From: an uncultured Rhodospirillaceae bacterium
Lineage (GTDB): Bacteria > Pseudomonadota > Alphaproteobacteria > Azospirillales > Azospirillaceae
DNA length: 64,000 nt
NCBI GenBank assembly: GCA_937927415.1
Contig: CALBDS010000044.1
Location: 44,404 to 108,403 of the forward strand
Direction: 5' to 3'
The notes below the pieces were generated by a model that was not told the origin of the DNA, ran no database searches, and saw only the letters and a program-made list of their open reading frames with translations. The position numbers and the translations under genes were made by a program. Positions 63,218 to 64,000 of this stretch are shown here, in pieces (the stretch's first letter is position 1; each line of letters begins with the position of its first letter).

Positions 63218-64000
63218 CGGCCGTCGAAAGCGACAAGATGACCACCAACACCTCCACCCTGCCCCATAGCCGCCCCGCCCTGCCCCGCATCGTGACCGAC
63301 GCCATGCCGGTGGTGGTCATGGCGGTCGGCGGACTGGCCGCCTTCTGGCTGTTTCCCAACGATCTGGGACTGCTGACCCGCATCCTGGCCGCCGCCCTGT
63401 TCGTCATGTCGCTGGACATGGTGCTTGGCTATTGCGGCATCGCCACCCTGGGCCACGCCGCCATGTTCGGCACCGGCGCCTATGCTGCCGGCATCGTGGC
63501 CGTCAACTGGGTCAGCGACCCGCTGGCGCTGCTGGCCGTGGGCGGGGTGGCCGGCGGGCTGATCGCGCTGGCGACCGGCGCGCTGATCCTGCACGCCCGT
63601 GGGCTGACGCTGCTGATGCTGACCATCGCCGTCGCCCAGATCGTGCAGGAGGTCGCCAACAAGGCCCGCGACTGGACCGGCGGCAGCGACGGGCTGTCGG
63701 GCATCGACCCGGCTCCGGTGCTGGGGCTGTTCCGCTTCGATCTTTACGGACGCACCTCCTACCTGTTCGCGCTGGCGGTGCTGATCGTGGGCTTTCTGGT
63801 GGCGCGGCGGATCGTGCGCTCGCCCTGCGGGCTGGCCTGCCGCGGGGTTCGGGAAGAGCCGCTGCGCATCGCCGCCCTGGGCGGATCGCCGCGGCGCTAT
63901 CTGGTGTCCATGTACGCGGTGGCCGGGGTGTTCGCCGGCATCGCCGGGGCGCTGACCGCCATCACCAGCGGCATCGTCGGTCTGGACAGCGTCGGCTTCT
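63214..64000 (+). CDS. LivM-type ABC permease; the 3' end runs off the right edge of the window
   Basis: The ATG overlaps the upstream stop (ATGA). My own translation reads ...LDMVLGYCGIATLGHAAMFGTGAYAAGIV...LTIAVAQIVQEVANKARDWTGGSDGL...CRGVREEPLRIAALG... Confidence 0.85.
   Translation, partial: MTAVESDKMTTNTSTLPHSRPALPRIVTDAMPVVVMAVGGLAAFWLFPNDLGLLTRILAAALFVMSLDMVLGYCGIATLGHAAMFGTGAYAAGIVAVNWVSDPLALLAVGGVAGGLIALATGALILHARGLTLLMLTIAVAQIVQEVANKARDWTGGSDGLSGIDPAPVLGLFRFDLYGRTSYLFALAVLIVGFLVARRIVRSPCGLACRGVREEPLRIAALGGSPRRYLVSMYAVAGVFAGIAGALTAITSGIVGLDSVGF

Noticed and set aside
1-64000. A search for tRNA, rRNA, CRISPR arrays, transposases, integrases, phage genes, toxin-antitoxin pairs and known defence-system domains.
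   Set aside because: None were found by eye. There are no T-loop GGTTCGA-type tRNA signatures in a plausible context and no regularly spaced direct repeats. No DDE/tyrosine-recombinase, nuclease or large ATPase ORFs are left unassigned. The Fic gene has no obvious small partner ORF.

Overview
This is a very GC-rich chromosomal segment. By eye it is about two-thirds G+C (not computed). Gene content and operon layout look alphaproteobacterial, Rhodospirillales/Azospirillum-like, but that is inference only. I found about 60 protein-coding genes, and no rRNA, tRNA, CRISPR array, transposase, integrase or prophage genes. Many long ORFs in the track are antisense or out-of-frame artefacts of the high GC content and were discarded. 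Gene order from left to right is as follows. (1) An envelope block at 1-10.7 kb: a TPR/GT41 glycosyltransferase, ydbH-ynbE-ydbL, a periplasmic cyclophilin and tamA-tamB. (2) typA. (3) A 2.2 kb islet of three orphan genes with an AT-rich leader (12.8-15.0 kb). (4) A bacteriohemerythrin and ppdK. (5) yihY, a DUF3618 fusion protein, a terC-family gene, a DUF2336 gene and a His-rich hypothetical gene. (6) An Mla-like lipid ABC operon: STAS-MlaE, MlaF, MlaD and a PqiC-like lipoprotein. (7) apt, a Fic protein with a degenerate active site, and two more hemerythrin-type genes. (8) The operon hisB-hisH-GNAT-hisA-hisF-hisE-HIT. (9) From about 36 kb to the right edge, a large aromatic-acid catabolic region. 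It holds a MarR-associated CoA-dependent hydroxycinnamate side-chain module (long ACAD, SDR hydroxyacyl-CoA dehydrogenase, feruloyl-CoA-synthase-like ligase, crotonase), a Liv-type ABC importer, a class-I P450 with ferredoxin and ferredoxin reductase plus a divergent AraC regulator, the protocatechuate 4,5-cleavage genes (ligAB, ligI, ligU, ligK, ligR, ligC), and a second Liv-type importer. I see no defence-system-like or clearly unprecedented multi-gene system. The observations most worth following up are a TGTTAT-N5-ATAACA palindrome found at exactly three promoters of the hydroxycinnamate regulon, the P450 as a candidate link to protocatechuate, the absence of any recognisable OMA hydratase and thiolase, a LysR regulator with two HTH domains, the orphan islet after typA, a Fic pseudoenzyme, and related in-frame tandem repeats at the 5' ends of two lipid-trafficking genes.
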